From the NCBI RefSeq assembly GCF_001194135.2, contig NC_068992.1:51757282-51821281 (forward strand): a stretch of DNA of 64,000 nt, written 5' to 3'. A program made the position numbers and the translations under genes. Below are positions 63,521 to 64,000 of the stretch, piece after piece. The stretch comes from Octopus bimaculoides (Eukaryota). Position 1 is the stretch's first letter. Every line of letters begins with the position of its first letter. The notes below the pieces were generated by a model. The model ran no database searches and was not told the origin of the DNA. It worked only from the letters and a program-made list of their open reading frames with translations.

Positions 63521-63926
63521 AGCTCTATGAGCTAACAAATGAAACACTTTGCAATTTTAAAGATCCAGCATTGTTTACAGTAAGAAATTAGAGCAATCTG
63601 TCATTGCTACTTGAAACTTGTTAGGCCCCACTGAAATGATAGACTGTTGATCACCTAATCCTCTGCTGGTTGCTCTTAGCTAAATGGCTAGGAAAACCAC
63701 GTCCCTACCCTGCCAAGCACACAATGTAACAGAGTGGAATGAAATTCTCAATACTATTCAGAGGTTAGATAACTTTCTCTGTATTTCTATGTAGAAGCAC
63801 CGTTGTGTATTGATTGAAGCCAAACATACAATAAGGAACATTGTGATGATTAATGCTTCAGTTATGTTTAAACTAATTATCTCTCCTTTTTATTGTTAAC
63901 CTCTCTGATCGATGAAACAATTCTAG

Positions 63927-63986
63927 CTATCCTGATATTCAGCAAGATCAGTTCTCTGAAAAAGCCATAATATTAGAAAGGATAAG
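63927..63986 (+). CDS. Candidate 60-nt exon YPDIQQDQFSEKAIILERI
   Basis: TTCTAG| acceptor after a pyrimidine-rich region, AG|GTATAG donor, phase 2-2; joins 63034 as ...FQRH-D-YPDIQQ... Confidence 0.4.
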
Positions 63987-64000
63987 GTATAGATAAGACA

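Overview
AT-rich, microsatellite-dense animal genomic DNA with seven N-gaps. The SINE families (tRNA-Arg-like heads, CORE-like and Meta-like boxes, (GAT)n-tailed elements) look like those of an Octopus-type cephalopod; this is inferred from recalled repeat families, not from a search. Nearly all long ORFs in the supplied track are microsatellite or N-gap artefacts, and no intact known gene is recognisable. The window is mostly intron or intergenic sequence carrying many SINEs, decayed LINEs (RTE, R4/Dong-like), two Penelope-like relics, DNA transposon relics (Tc1/maT-like, mariner, hAT, piggyBac-type and Tigger-type MITEs) and a non-autonomous Helitron with both termini. Phase-compatible candidate coding exons of an unidentified gene lie on the + strand near 62.4-64.0 kb, with a weaker chain on the - strand at 50-55 kb. 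The most notable finding is a ~540-bp head-to-head foldback of a tRNA-headed SINE-like element (35770-36308). Each arm carries a degenerate minimal hammerhead-ribozyme motif of the Penelope type, suggesting a Penelope-mobilised, ribozyme-bearing SINE family. Repeat coordinates are approximate unless termini are quoted.
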